Notes under the pieces: model-generated | Database searches by the model: none | Told to the model about the DNA's origin: nothing | What the model saw: only the letters and a program-made list of their open reading frames with translations | Assembly (NCBI GenBank): GCA_964562925.1 | Contig: CAZLVF010000003.1 | Span: 32,467 to 72,251 of the forward strand | From: an uncultured Candidatus Bathyarchaeia archaeon | GTDB lineage: Archaea > Thermoproteota > Bathyarchaeia > 40CM-2-53-6 > CAVXDP01 | Length of the DNA: 39,785 nt | Direction of reading: 5' to 3' | Made by a program: the position numbers and the translations under genes | In this document: positions 8,650 to 17,201 of the stretch, piece by piece | Layout: each line of letters starts with the position of its first letter | Numbering within the stretch: the first letter of the stretch is position 1

Positions 8650-10206
8650 ATGTCAAACAGCAGCGCAGGCATAGTTGGATACGGAGTATACATACCGTGC
8701 GAGAGGATAGAGACTGAGTACATTGTCAGGGCGCGGGAGGGAAGGCGCAAGGATTTAGACGAGTTTCTCGACAAGGTTAGAAACGGCCTACTGCTGAGAA
8801 GTAAGTCCATCGCTGATTTCTCTGAAGATGCCATAACTATGGCAACTGAAGCAGCAGAGAACTCTTTGAAGATGTCGGGGATCGATACAAGAAAGATAGG
8901 AAGCGTGGTTGTTGGGTCAGAGTCAAAACCGTACGCTGTCGGCTCCACTGCTAGACATGTCGCATCTTTCATAGGAGTTGGAAATGAGGCTTTTGTATCC
9001 GATATAGAGGGCGCATGCAATGCTGGAATGCAGAGCATGGATTTCGTGAGAGCACAGGTCAACGCAGGCGAGATGGAGTACGGCCTTGCGATAGGCACCG
9101 ACATCGCGCAGGCTCCTGAAGGCGACCCTCTTGAGTACGCTGCTGGGGCCGGAGCAGCGGCATATGTCATCGGGAAGAAAGATGTCATAGCCTCGATCGA
9201 GGATATGGCTCCTTACTCTTCTCTCACAATGGACTTCTGGCGTAGAGACGAAGCGGCTGTTCCTAAACATTTTGGCAAGACAACAGTCGAAGCCTATATG
9301 AGACACGTTATAGGAGCCATTCAAACACTTCTGAAACGTAACCCGAATCTGAAGATCTCGGATTTTGACAACATAACATTCCACCAACCGTCGGGTTACA
9401 TGCCTCTCAAGACCTGCAGAGCTCTCGTGAACCTAAGCGCTGATTGGGTCGATGATTCGGATATTTCTGATCGGATGAAACTCACTCCTGAAGATATCGA
9501 ACGAAAGGTTAAGCCTTGGCTCAGGGTTCTCGATACTGGAAACACGTACGCTGCTTCAACGCCGATCGCTCTAGCCTCAATACTTGACAGGTCAAGCCCG
9601 GGTGAGAATATTCTTGCTGTGTCGTATGGATCAGGCGCCTATGCTATAGCTACTTGGCTGAGTGTAAAAGACGAACTGAAGAAAAAACCGCGTAGAGCTC
9701 CAACAGTTCAAGATTATGTTGATCGTAAAGTTGAGATCCGTTTGGAAAAATACCAAGACCATCTCAGAGAACGCTTGAGGAAAGTCAAGAGACGCCTCGC
9801 ATTCCCCAGGATAGTTGCTGAGACTGAAACAATTGGAAATGAGATTATTCAGACTCTCATGTGTGATGGATGTAAGAGAATCTACTATCCGACACGACCG
9901 CAGTGTCTAGAAAGCGAATGTGAAGGACCCAGCACGACGAAGACCTTCCCGGTAAATGCGGAAGTGAAATCGTTTGAGAGACTTCCATTCAAGCAGAGGT
10001 TGAAGCCTAACTATGACATGATCAAGGAAGGGAAAGTGATTCTGGTCGACTGCCATATGGGAGATTTAAGGCCAGGCATGAAACTTGAGGTTGTCATTAG
10101 AAGGCTTGACTATGAGGGAAAAGACGGGCTCATAATCTACGGTCCAACCTACAGACCACTCTTCAGAAATGGCTTTGACGAGTGTCCTGCAGAAGCCAAC
10201 AAATAG
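8650..10206 (+). CDS. archaeal hydroxymethylglutaryl-CoA synthase fused to C-terminal DUF35 (Zn-ribbon + OB-fold)
   Basis: GSESKPYAV (Glu), EGACNAG (Cys), FHQP (His), GNTYAAS and SYGSGA. The C-terminus CDGCKRIYYP..C..C...GMKLEVVIRRL..GLIIYG matches DUF35. Confidence 0.88.
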   Translation: MSNSSAGIVGYGVYIPCERIETEYIVRAREGRRKDLDEFLDKVRNGLLLRSKSIADFSEDAITMATEAAENSLKMSGIDTRKIGSVVVGSESKPYAVGSTARHVASFIGVGNEAFVSDIEGACNAGMQSMDFVRAQVNAGEMEYGLAIGTDIAQAPEGDPLEYAAGAGAAAYVIGKKDVIASIEDMAPYSSLTMDFWRRDEAAVPKHFGKTTVEAYMRHVIGAIQTLLKRNPNLKISDFDNITFHQPSGYMPLKTCRALVNLSADWVDDSDISDRMKLTPEDIERKVKPWLRVLDTGNTYAASTPIALASILDRSSPGENILAVSYGSGAYAIATWLSVKDELKKKPRRAPTVQDYVDRKVEIRLEKYQDHLRERLRKVKRRLAFPRIVAETETIGNEIIQTLMCDGCKRIYYPTRPQCLESECEGPSTTKTFPVNAEVKSFERLPFKQRLKPNYDMIKEGKVILVDCHMGDLRPGMKLEVVIRRLDYEGKDGLIIYGPTYRPLFRNGFDECPAEANK

Positions 10207-10443
10207 AGTCCAATTCGATGGTTTAGCCCATGTCTAACTGTGATTAAATATTTCTGGTAATAACTACTCCAATACCGGACGCTATCGTCGATCGATAGGC
10301 CTTCTACTTCAAATATGAGAAAACCAACAAAGGGTTCCGTGAACGAGCTAGAACGCTTTCGACCTCCTGAAGCGAATGGAGAGCTTTTGTAAACATGTAG
10401 GCCCTAGATTGCACCTCTGTCGATGTACTTATCAGGTGTCTGC

Positions 10444-11622
10444 GTGCCAGCGAATCTTTCCTCTGAAGCTAAAGGCAAATGGAACAAGGTGCTTATGGCT
10501 AAGACTGCTCAGGAGAAGCTGTCGGCCTTGGAGGAGTTCTTGTCTTCGGTCCCCAAACACAAAGGAAATGAGAGGCTCAGAGCACAAGTCAAGCACAAGA
10601 TCTCAACACTCAAACTCGATATTGAAAGTGGAAGGAAACGGAGAGCATTCGGATCGGCCGTTAGAGATTTCATAACTAAGACAGGCGCAGCGCAACTTGT
10701 GATAATCGGCCCAACAAAAACAGGTCGTAGTTCCCTTTTGTCAGCCTTGACAAACGCGAAGCCTGTCATTGCCGGCTTTGAATTTTCCACAACAGAGCCA
10801 ACAGTTGGAATGTTTCCTTATGAAGATGTCCAGTTCCAGTTGGTTGAAGCTCCGGCTCTTCTTGATGGCGCCTCAAGAGGCATAGGCTTGGGCTCCTTAG
10901 TAATGGGCTTAGCAAGAAAAGCTGATGCGCTGATAATAACGGTCGATCTTTCCCAAGATTCTGTTGGGCAGTTTGAAACGGTCAAGCGGGAACTGGAAAA
11001 TTCAGGAATCTCGCTTGAAAAACCCTCGAGCGATATTGAGATCGACCGGAAAGCAACAATTCAAGGGATTCATCTAGTCGTGCGTGGATCTCTCGTCGAT
11101 TGCAACCTTGAAGATATAAAGAAACTGCTGGAAAGCTATGGCGTCAAAAACGCTGTCGTTGAGATAAGGGGTTCTGTTCGAATAAGCAATGTCGAAGATG
11201 CCATACTGGAAAGCGTCATGATCCATAAGCCCGCTCTCATTGTTGCGAACAAGGCGGATGTTGTAGAGTCTAAGCAAGAGCTAGATAGACTGCGTACTGC
11301 TGTACGTGACAAGCTACCTATCGTGAGCGTATCATGCTTGACGGGGAAAGGTTTATCCGACCTGGGAAGAGTGGCCTTCAAGACTTTAGGGCTAATGAGA
11401 GTGTACACAAAGGAGCCCAATGATTCTAAAGCCTCAAAAGAGCCGTTCATCATGAGCGAAGGGACCAGGGTCGGAGATCTCGCTCAATGTATCCACAGTC
11501 AACTATACAGTAACTTTCGATACGCACGTATCTGGGGGCCGAGTAGCAAATATGCCGGGGAAAGAGTCGGATTGAGCCACTATCTCAAAGATGGTGATAT
11601 AGTGGAAATACATGCCAAGTAA
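10444..11622 (+). CDS. DRG/OBG-family GTP-binding protein with TGS domain
   Basis: MPANL start (GTG 10444), PKHKG, G2 FSTT, G4 NKAD and TGS RVYTK...YARIWG...DGDIVEIH. G1 and G3 are degenerate. Confidence 0.9.
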   Translation: MPANLSSEAKGKWNKVLMAKTAQEKLSALEEFLSSVPKHKGNERLRAQVKHKISTLKLDIESGRKRRAFGSAVRDFITKTGAAQLVIIGPTKTGRSSLLSALTNAKPVIAGFEFSTTEPTVGMFPYEDVQFQLVEAPALLDGASRGIGLGSLVMGLARKADALIITVDLSQDSVGQFETVKRELENSGISLEKPSSDIEIDRKATIQGIHLVVRGSLVDCNLEDIKKLLESYGVKNAVVEIRGSVRISNVEDAILESVMIHKPALIVANKADVVESKQELDRLRTAVRDKLPIVSVSCLTGKGLSDLGRVAFKTLGLMRVYTKEPNDSKASKEPFIMSEGTRVGDLAQCIHSQLYSNFRYARIWGPSSKYAGERVGLSHYLKDGDIVEIHAK

Positions 11623-11819
11623 TCTATCTCGAGCAACGTCTCGTACTCAATCTTCTCACTACGCCTCAAAACGCCAAGCAATATTGTTCGATGATGGAGA
11701 AAATCAAAACCAAGTGCGCGGTGCATATACGATAATACCTGCTATGTTATAAATGTCCCAGCTATATTATGTCGGCTCTCTATTAGTTAGAGAGCAGAAA
11801 TAGCAAAGAGGCAAGCCTT

Positions 11820-13619
11820 ATGAAATCAACGGTCGATGAGCTCTTTCAAAGACCGAGCGGCAACATGAAGCACAAGGTCGAAGAGATCGTAAAGTCATAC
11901 AAAGGTAACTTGGAGAACTATGAAGAGACATGTAGAAGTTTTAGTTGGAAAGATGTAGAGAAAGAGTTTGATTGGTACCTAACCGGGAAGGTGAACATTG
12001 CACACGAGGCTATAGATAGGCATGCGGCGACATGGCGTAGAAACAAGGTGGCTCTGTATTGGGAGGGGGCTGAGGGCCAGAGTGAAAAGTACACCTTCCA
12101 GGAAATGATGCTGCTCTCTAACAAGTTTGGAAACGTTTTGAAGAAACTCGGGGCCAAGAAGGGCGATAGGATATTCGAGTTCATGTCCCGAGTTCCAGCG
12201 CTGTATATCTCGATTATGGCAAGCATGAAGCTAGGGTGCATATACGGTCCGCTCTTTGGAGGCTTCCGATCGGAAGCCATTAGAGATAGACTCTGGGATA
12301 GCGCCGCCAAGATTCTGATAACTCAACCGCACCTGAAGGCTGTTGTCGACGAAGCTAGAAGGGACCTCCCAGATCTGGAACATGTAGTAATGGTTGGAGC
12401 GGCCCCTGATACGTTGAAGGAAAGCGACGTGACCTATGAAGTTGAAATAGCGAAAGCCTCTGAAAAGCTTGAGACGGAATGGGTGGATCGAGAGACACCG
12501 CACCTACTTCACTATACCTCTGGAACGACGGGGAAACCGAAAGGAATACTTCACGTTCATAACGCGATGATCGGACAATACTTGACGGCCAAATGGGTAC
12601 TTGACCTTAGAGAAGATGACATCTACTGGTGCACCGCAGACCCCGGATGGGTTACCGGCACGTCCTATGGAATCTTTGGGCCTTGGCTGAATGGAGCGTC
12701 ACAGGTCGTATACGACGGGAGGTTTGACGCGGACAAATGGTACTCAGTGATAGAGAACTACAAGGTTACCGTGTGGTATACAGCTCCCACAGCCATGAGA
12801 ATGCTCATGGCAGCAGGTGAAGAGGTAATCAAGAGACATGACTTGAGTAGTCTCCGTCATATCTGTAGTGTAGGCGAGCCCCTTAACCCTGAAGTAATCC
12901 GATGGGGAATAACGCCGGAGGTGTACGGCCTTCCGATCCACGACAACTGGTGGATGACCGAGACCGGACAGATGCTCATCTGCAACTATCCTTGCCTGCC
13001 AATTAGACCTGGATCCATGGGAAAACCGTTTCCAGGAATCACTGCCTCGGTAGTTGATGATAGAGGAAACCCTGTGTCTCCTGGCTTGATCGGAAACCTA
13101 GTGATCAAGCCTCCCTGGCCTTCGATGATGAGGAATATCTGGAGAGGCCAGTGGAAAGAGTATATGGAAGGCAAATACAAAGAGTACTTCAAGATACCGG
13201 GTTGGTTCCTAACAGGTGACTCTGCATACCTGGACAAAGATGGCTATTTCTGGTTCCAAGGACGAATAGATGACGTGATAAAGACCGCGGGCGAACGAGT
13301 GGGGCCCTTCGAGGTTGAGAGCTGCCTGGTCGAACATCCAGCAGTAGCAGCGGCCGGCGTGATTGGAAAACCAGATCCCATGAGAGGCGAGATCATAAAA
13401 GCTTTCGTCCAGCTGCGACAGGATTACTCTCCATCAGAAGAACTGAAGAGAGAGCTAATGGAACACGTAAAGAAGCGTCTAGCCGCCCATGCCTATCCGA
13501 GAGAAATCGAGTTCAGGGACAAACTTCCAGTTACCCGAAGCGGAAAGATCATGCGCAGGGTTCTAAAAGCTTGGGAACTCGGACTTCCGACCGGAGACCT
13601 ATCTACACTTGAGGACTAG
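11820..13619 (+). CDS. acsA: acetyl-CoA synthetase (AMP-forming)
   Basis: YTSGTTGKPKG, ADPGWVTG, SVGEPLNP, DNWWMTETG, GRIDD and TRSGKIMRR. The true start may be ATG 11865. Confidence 0.93.
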   Translation: MKSTVDELFQRPSGNMKHKVEEIVKSYKGNLENYEETCRSFSWKDVEKEFDWYLTGKVNIAHEAIDRHAATWRRNKVALYWEGAEGQSEKYTFQEMMLLSNKFGNVLKKLGAKKGDRIFEFMSRVPALYISIMASMKLGCIYGPLFGGFRSEAIRDRLWDSAAKILITQPHLKAVVDEARRDLPDLEHVVMVGAAPDTLKESDVTYEVEIAKASEKLETEWVDRETPHLLHYTSGTTGKPKGILHVHNAMIGQYLTAKWVLDLREDDIYWCTADPGWVTGTSYGIFGPWLNGASQVVYDGRFDADKWYSVIENYKVTVWYTAPTAMRMLMAAGEEVIKRHDLSSLRHICSVGEPLNPEVIRWGITPEVYGLPIHDNWWMTETGQMLICNYPCLPIRPGSMGKPFPGITASVVDDRGNPVSPGLIGNLVIKPPWPSMMRNIWRGQWKEYMEGKYKEYFKIPGWFLTGDSAYLDKDGYFWFQGRIDDVIKTAGERVGPFEVESCLVEHPAVAAAGVIGKPDPMRGEIIKAFVQLRQDYSPSEELKRELMEHVKKRLAAHAYPREIEFRDKLPVTRSGKIMRRVLKAWELGLPTGDLSTLED

Positions 13620-13684
13620 AGGATCACTGCCCCTCTTTCTGACAGAAACCTTGAGGAAGAGGTAAGCGGCGGTTCTCTGAGCCC

Positions 13685-13861
13685 TCAGATAAACCGGAAT
13701 TTCCACTTTGATATTATCCCGTGGTAAGGACAGAACCATCTGCTCGGAGGCAGCCAAGCGAGAATCGTTCCACAGTAGGGGCATGCGTAAGTTCTTAAGG
13801 GTGCGTATACATAGCTCGGGTAATAAAAGACCGGGTATGGCCAAGCTTGGTACACAAACAT
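13685..13861 (-). CDS. small (58 aa) Tyr/Pro-rich zinc-finger protein missed by the ORF track
   Basis: Manual translation MFVYQAWPYPVFYYPSYVYAPLRTYACPYCGTILAWLPPSRWFCPYHGIISKWKFRFI* with CPYC...CPYH knuckles. Confidence 0.6.
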   Translation of the reverse strand: MFVYQAWPYPVFYYPSYVYAPLRTYACPYCGTILAWLPPSRWFCPYHGIISKWKFRFI

Positions 13862-13923
13862 ACACCACGATGCTGATTATTCCATAGTTGCAAGAATAAA
13901 GCTTTCCGATTCTCGAGAAGCTG

Positions 13924-14757
13924 TTATCTACTAATGGATTTGGATGAAAGTTTCAGCGGAAATAGCTTGCGCCTGAATGCTACTATCGCGGCTACAGAGA
14001 CGGCGACCATTGACGCGGCAAACCATTCTGGATATGAAACTTGCGTAGCTGTTTCTTGTTCTAATCTGACCTCCAGTTTCGGTGAAAGGCTAATGTCGTA
14101 GACATAGAACCAGTTCATGTACTCAACCCTACAGCCCACCTTGTCCCCCTCACTCGCATCCTTGAGTAGCCAACCATAATTCGGCTTCTTTCCATCATAC
14201 CAAGCCCTGACATCTGTTGTCACCTTCCAACTGTTCCATGTTCCAGGCGTTTCCCTTCTGACGACATCGGTCGGAGGAGCAAAGTCTCCCCCAGGATTCT
14301 TCCAAGGCTTATGAGGAAATGTGGCGTAGGTCCAGTAGGTAAAGCTCCACCCAAGCCAGTCAGTTGTGATCGCACGAAGTTCTATCGTTCTAAAAAGTTC
14401 GGTTTCAGGGATCCATGCCGAGCCGTCCCAGGTGTAGACGCCAATAACATAGAGGGAAAGTACGGCCTCCTTTACACGATAGCCCTCGGGCAGGCTAGAG
14501 AGGTCAAATTTCAATAGCCCACGTTCGTCAGTGGGGTATTTCGTATCAATTCTATGCCCAGAAGTCACGACTGTCGGCTGTTCGATGCTTGCATCATCAT
14601 TGTTTCTCATTATGGAAATGTTGTTGGATAAGTCGGGTTGGATCGTCACGTGCAAATCCCCAGATTCACTGCATGAGATAGATGGAATGGTTCCTAGGAT
14701 GATAGTGACCGACAACGAAACCCAAATCACGTGGCTGCGAAATGCTCCCAGAACCAA
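13924..14757 (-). CDS. secreted/surface DNRLRE (disaggregatase-related) domain protein with PEF-CTERM-like anchor
   Basis: N-terminal hydrophobic signal; RGLLKFDLSSLP..AVLSLY, W..PGGDF, VRAW...NYGWLLK, PKLEV; C-terminal YPEW + TM + RRK. Confidence 0.75.
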   Translation of the reverse strand: MVLGAFRSHVIWVSLSVTIILGTIPSISCSESGDLHVTIQPDLSNNISIMRNNDDASIEQPTVVTSGHRIDTKYPTDERGLLKFDLSSLPEGYRVKEAVLSLYVIGVYTWDGSAWIPETELFRTIELRAITTDWLGWSFTYWTYATFPHKPWKNPGGDFAPPTDVVRRETPGTWNSWKVTTDVRAWYDGKKPNYGWLLKDASEGDKVGCRVEYMNWFYVYDISLSPKLEVRLEQETATQVSYPEWFAASMVAVSVAAIVAFRRKLFPLKLSSKSISR

Positions 14758-14945
14758 CGAACTTGATCGGCCCTCAGGCGGAATCCAGTCTCGGTCTATG
14801 CACTGACTATGTTAAGAATTCTTCTCCTAGACGTCTATCGGTTCTTGCGCTCTGATGAAACGACCTATGAAGTGAAGCCAAGCGCAGATATACACCTTTT
14901 TTATATCCGGTTGCAATCAATCTATCGAAGAGGTAGGAGGCGCCT

Positions 14946-15215
14946 TTGCACCAAGGAGAAGAGTACAGGGCGTACGTTCTGATAAAGGTCCAAACCGGAA
15001 AGGATCTTGAAGTCTTCGCCAAGATACGAGACTTAAAGAACAAGTACCCTATTCGCGAGGTAGCAACGCTTTACGGTGACTATGACGTTATCGTAAAGGT
15101 CCAGATGACCAACCCCGATGATCTAGAGGGCTTTGTATACAACGGCCTGCGCCCAATTCCGGGAATAAGGGAAACGCAAACCTTGATAGCTGCGAAGTCG
15201 CTGGAGTTTAGATAG
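14946..15215 (+). CDS. stand-alone Lrp/AsnC ligand-binding (RAM) domain protein
   Basis: AYVLIKV...LYGDYDVIVKV...IPGIRETQTLI; no HTH. Confidence 0.88.
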   Translation: MHQGEEYRAYVLIKVQTGKDLEVFAKIRDLKNKYPIREVATLYGDYDVIVKVQMTNPDDLEGFVYNGLRPIPGIRETQTLIAAKSLEFR

Positions 15216-15370
15216 GATAGTAGGGACCGACATCAGTTCGCCTAGGCATTGATCGTTGAATGGCTTTATTGTTTGATGATTCTCTTCTCTATGTGCGAGG
15301 TTTGGCTCGATTATCGAAAACGCACTTCTAACAACAACTTCGGCCTTTAGACCTTGGCTGGTGGACTTTT

Positions 15371-15697
15371 ATGGTGCAATTCTGCCCAAACTGCCGCTTA
15401 GCTCTGTTCATAGCCAAGGAGGGAGACGTCGTAGTTGCCAGATGCTACAAGTGTGGGTACAAATCGACCCCGCAATCGAAGACTATTGTTACCTCTAGAT
15501 CGACATTGGAGAAAGCTATACACGTCATAGAGAGAAGACCTGAGTTTGTCGATCGCGTCTGCCCTAAATGTGGACATAATAAGGCAACAAGGGTCAACGT
15601 TCAAACTGTTGGAGACCATGCTGGAATCGCCCAAGAAAGGTCTGGTGCCGTGTACCGGTGTCTGCAGTGTAATGCCACGTGGCGTGACTCTTGGTGA
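15371..15697 (+). CDS. TFS/RpoM-family double zinc-ribbon protein, divergent paralogue
   Basis: FCPNC..CYKCGY and CPKCGH..QT..YRCLQCNATWR; the canonical RSADE motif is absent. Confidence 0.8.
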   Translation: MVQFCPNCRLALFIAKEGDVVVARCYKCGYKSTPQSKTIVTSRSTLEKAIHVIERRPEFVDRVCPKCGHNKATRVNVQTVGDHAGIAQERSGAVYRCLQCNATWRDSW

Positions 15698-15705
15698 GAT
15701 AGGCG

Positions 15706-16329
15706 TCAAGGCTCCGAAATGAACTTTAGGAACTCTTCGACTGTCCTTGGTTTCAGGGTGTAGTTGGTTTCAACTTCGTAACCGAGCGTCGAACATGGTC
15801 TGTCGCCATAGTCGTGGCCTGGGTAGACTTTTAGGTCTCGATCGAGCGACATTATCTTGTTGAAGAGGCTGTTGTACATGTCTGCTGCGTTCCCGCCCGG
15901 CAGATCGGTCCTTCCACATTCACCAACGAAAAGGGTGTCTCCAGTTATTAGAGTGCCGTCAACTATGAGACAAATGCTCTCAGGTGTATGGCCGGGCGTG
16001 TGGATCACCTTTATTTGAACCTTCCCTAAACTGATGACGTCACCATCTTCCACAGACACATCTTTTCGCAGTTTTGCTTTAGCATGCATCACAATTTTGG
16101 CTCCCGTCTCAGAAGCGATCAAATCGTTACCGGAAACATGGTCGTGATGTGTGTGCGTGTTGATAACATATCTCACCATCAATTGGTTCTTCTTGATGAT
16201 TTCTAGGATCTTTGGAACGTTCCAAGCTGGGTCGACAACGGCGGCCAGTCTTCTCTCCTCATCTCCTATGACATAACTGAAATTTCTTAGTTCGCCAACA
16301 GGTATCTGCTCTAGTATCATGCCTCTCAC
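15706..16329 (-). CDS. MBL-fold metallo-hydrolase (glyoxalase II / ETHE1-like)
   Basis: THTHHDH, TPGHT, TGDTLF, CGRTDLPGG and YPGHDY. Confidence 0.9.
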   Translation of the reverse strand: MRGMILEQIPVGELRNFSYVIGDEERRLAAVVDPAWNVPKILEIIKKNQLMVRYVINTHTHHDHVSGNDLIASETGAKIVMHAKAKLRKDVSVEDGDVISLGKVQIKVIHTPGHTPESICLIVDGTLITGDTLFVGECGRTDLPGGNAADMYNSLFNKIMSLDRDLKVYPGHDYGDRPCSTLGYEVETNYTLKPRTVEEFLKFISEP

Positions 16330-16350
16330 CAGCTCGATATGCTAGGTCAG

Positions 16351-17196
16351 TCAAGAGCTATCAAGGGTTTGTCCGTGTCTATAGCAACTTCCCACTTTCT
16401 CACTCGACTCTTGGGCACCATAGTTCCAAGCGTGAGACCTGTATTTTGTAGCTTTCAACTCTTCGGCAAGCGTTACTTCCGTCTCAGTTAGATCTCCTTC
16501 AATGAGGTTGACATGAAAGGCTTCTGAGAAACCTCTTCTCAACGAGCCAGCAACCTCCTCGAACTCTATCTTTCTATCGAGTTCTCTGCGGAGGGTGGTT
16601 ATCCGATCTCGAACAAATTCCTGGACGCTCTCGTTCATGACAAGCTTCGGGTTTCTGAGTACGGCCAGCATAGTCTCCACGTCAAGGTCGAGAAGAATGG
16701 TTCCATGTTGAAGCAGAATGCCGCTTCTCCTTGCCTGCGCATTACCTGAGACCTTCCTTCCCTTTATCAATATGTTAGGACATCTTTGACTTGGGTCGAT
16801 CGCCTCGAGTTCAACCTCAAGGCCCAGGAGGCCTAGGCCTCTAAGGATCCCCGAGCATATGCCCTCGTAAGATGTCGTCACGTCATCTGTTATCTTCCGG
16901 TTTTCACAGTCAACTACGACGCTGTATGTCAGCTCGCCGGAGAAGTCATGGTAGACGGCGCCGCCTCCACTGATTCGCCTTATCATGTCCACCCCTAGCC
17001 TTTTGCAGGTATCCAAGTTAACCTCCTTATCCGCTGACTGGAAGCGACCAATCGATACAGCGGAAGGCTTCCATCGATAGAACCTTAACGTATTCGGGAC
17101 GATCTTGCGAACTCGAGACTCCAAAATCGCCTCGTCTATGGCCATATTCGTGAACGCGTCATCTATCCGAAGGAGGAGAATCCTCCAAGCCTCCAA
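16351..17196 (-). CDS. lplA: lipoate-protein ligase catalytic domain (LplA-N / LipM-like)
   Basis: NMAIDEA, LRFYRW..AVSIGRFQ, RRISGGGAVYHD, KVSGNAQ and LQHGT. Confidence 0.88.
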   Translation of the reverse strand: MEAWRILLLRIDDAFTNMAIDEAILESRVRKIVPNTLRFYRWKPSAVSIGRFQSADKEVNLDTCKRLGVDMIRRISGGGAVYHDFSGELTYSVVVDCENRKITDDVTTSYEGICSGILRGLGLLGLEVELEAIDPSQRCPNILIKGRKVSGNAQARRSGILLQHGTILLDLDVETMLAVLRNPKLVMNESVQEFVRDRITTLRRELDRKIEFEEVAGSLRRGFSEAFHVNLIEGDLTETEVTLAEELKATKYRSHAWNYGAQESSEKVGSCYRHGQTLDSS

Positions 17197-17201
17197 TCTC
17201 C

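Noticed and set aside
8577-9387. Long antisense ORFs over HMG-CoA synthase (and similar ones over acsA, glyS, ade and others)
   Set aside because: They are shadow frames of well-supported genes and carry no motifs.
13599-13868. 89-aa minus-strand ORF from the track
   Set aside because: It has no motif and overlaps acsA; the alternative frame 13685-13861 encodes a clear zinc finger.
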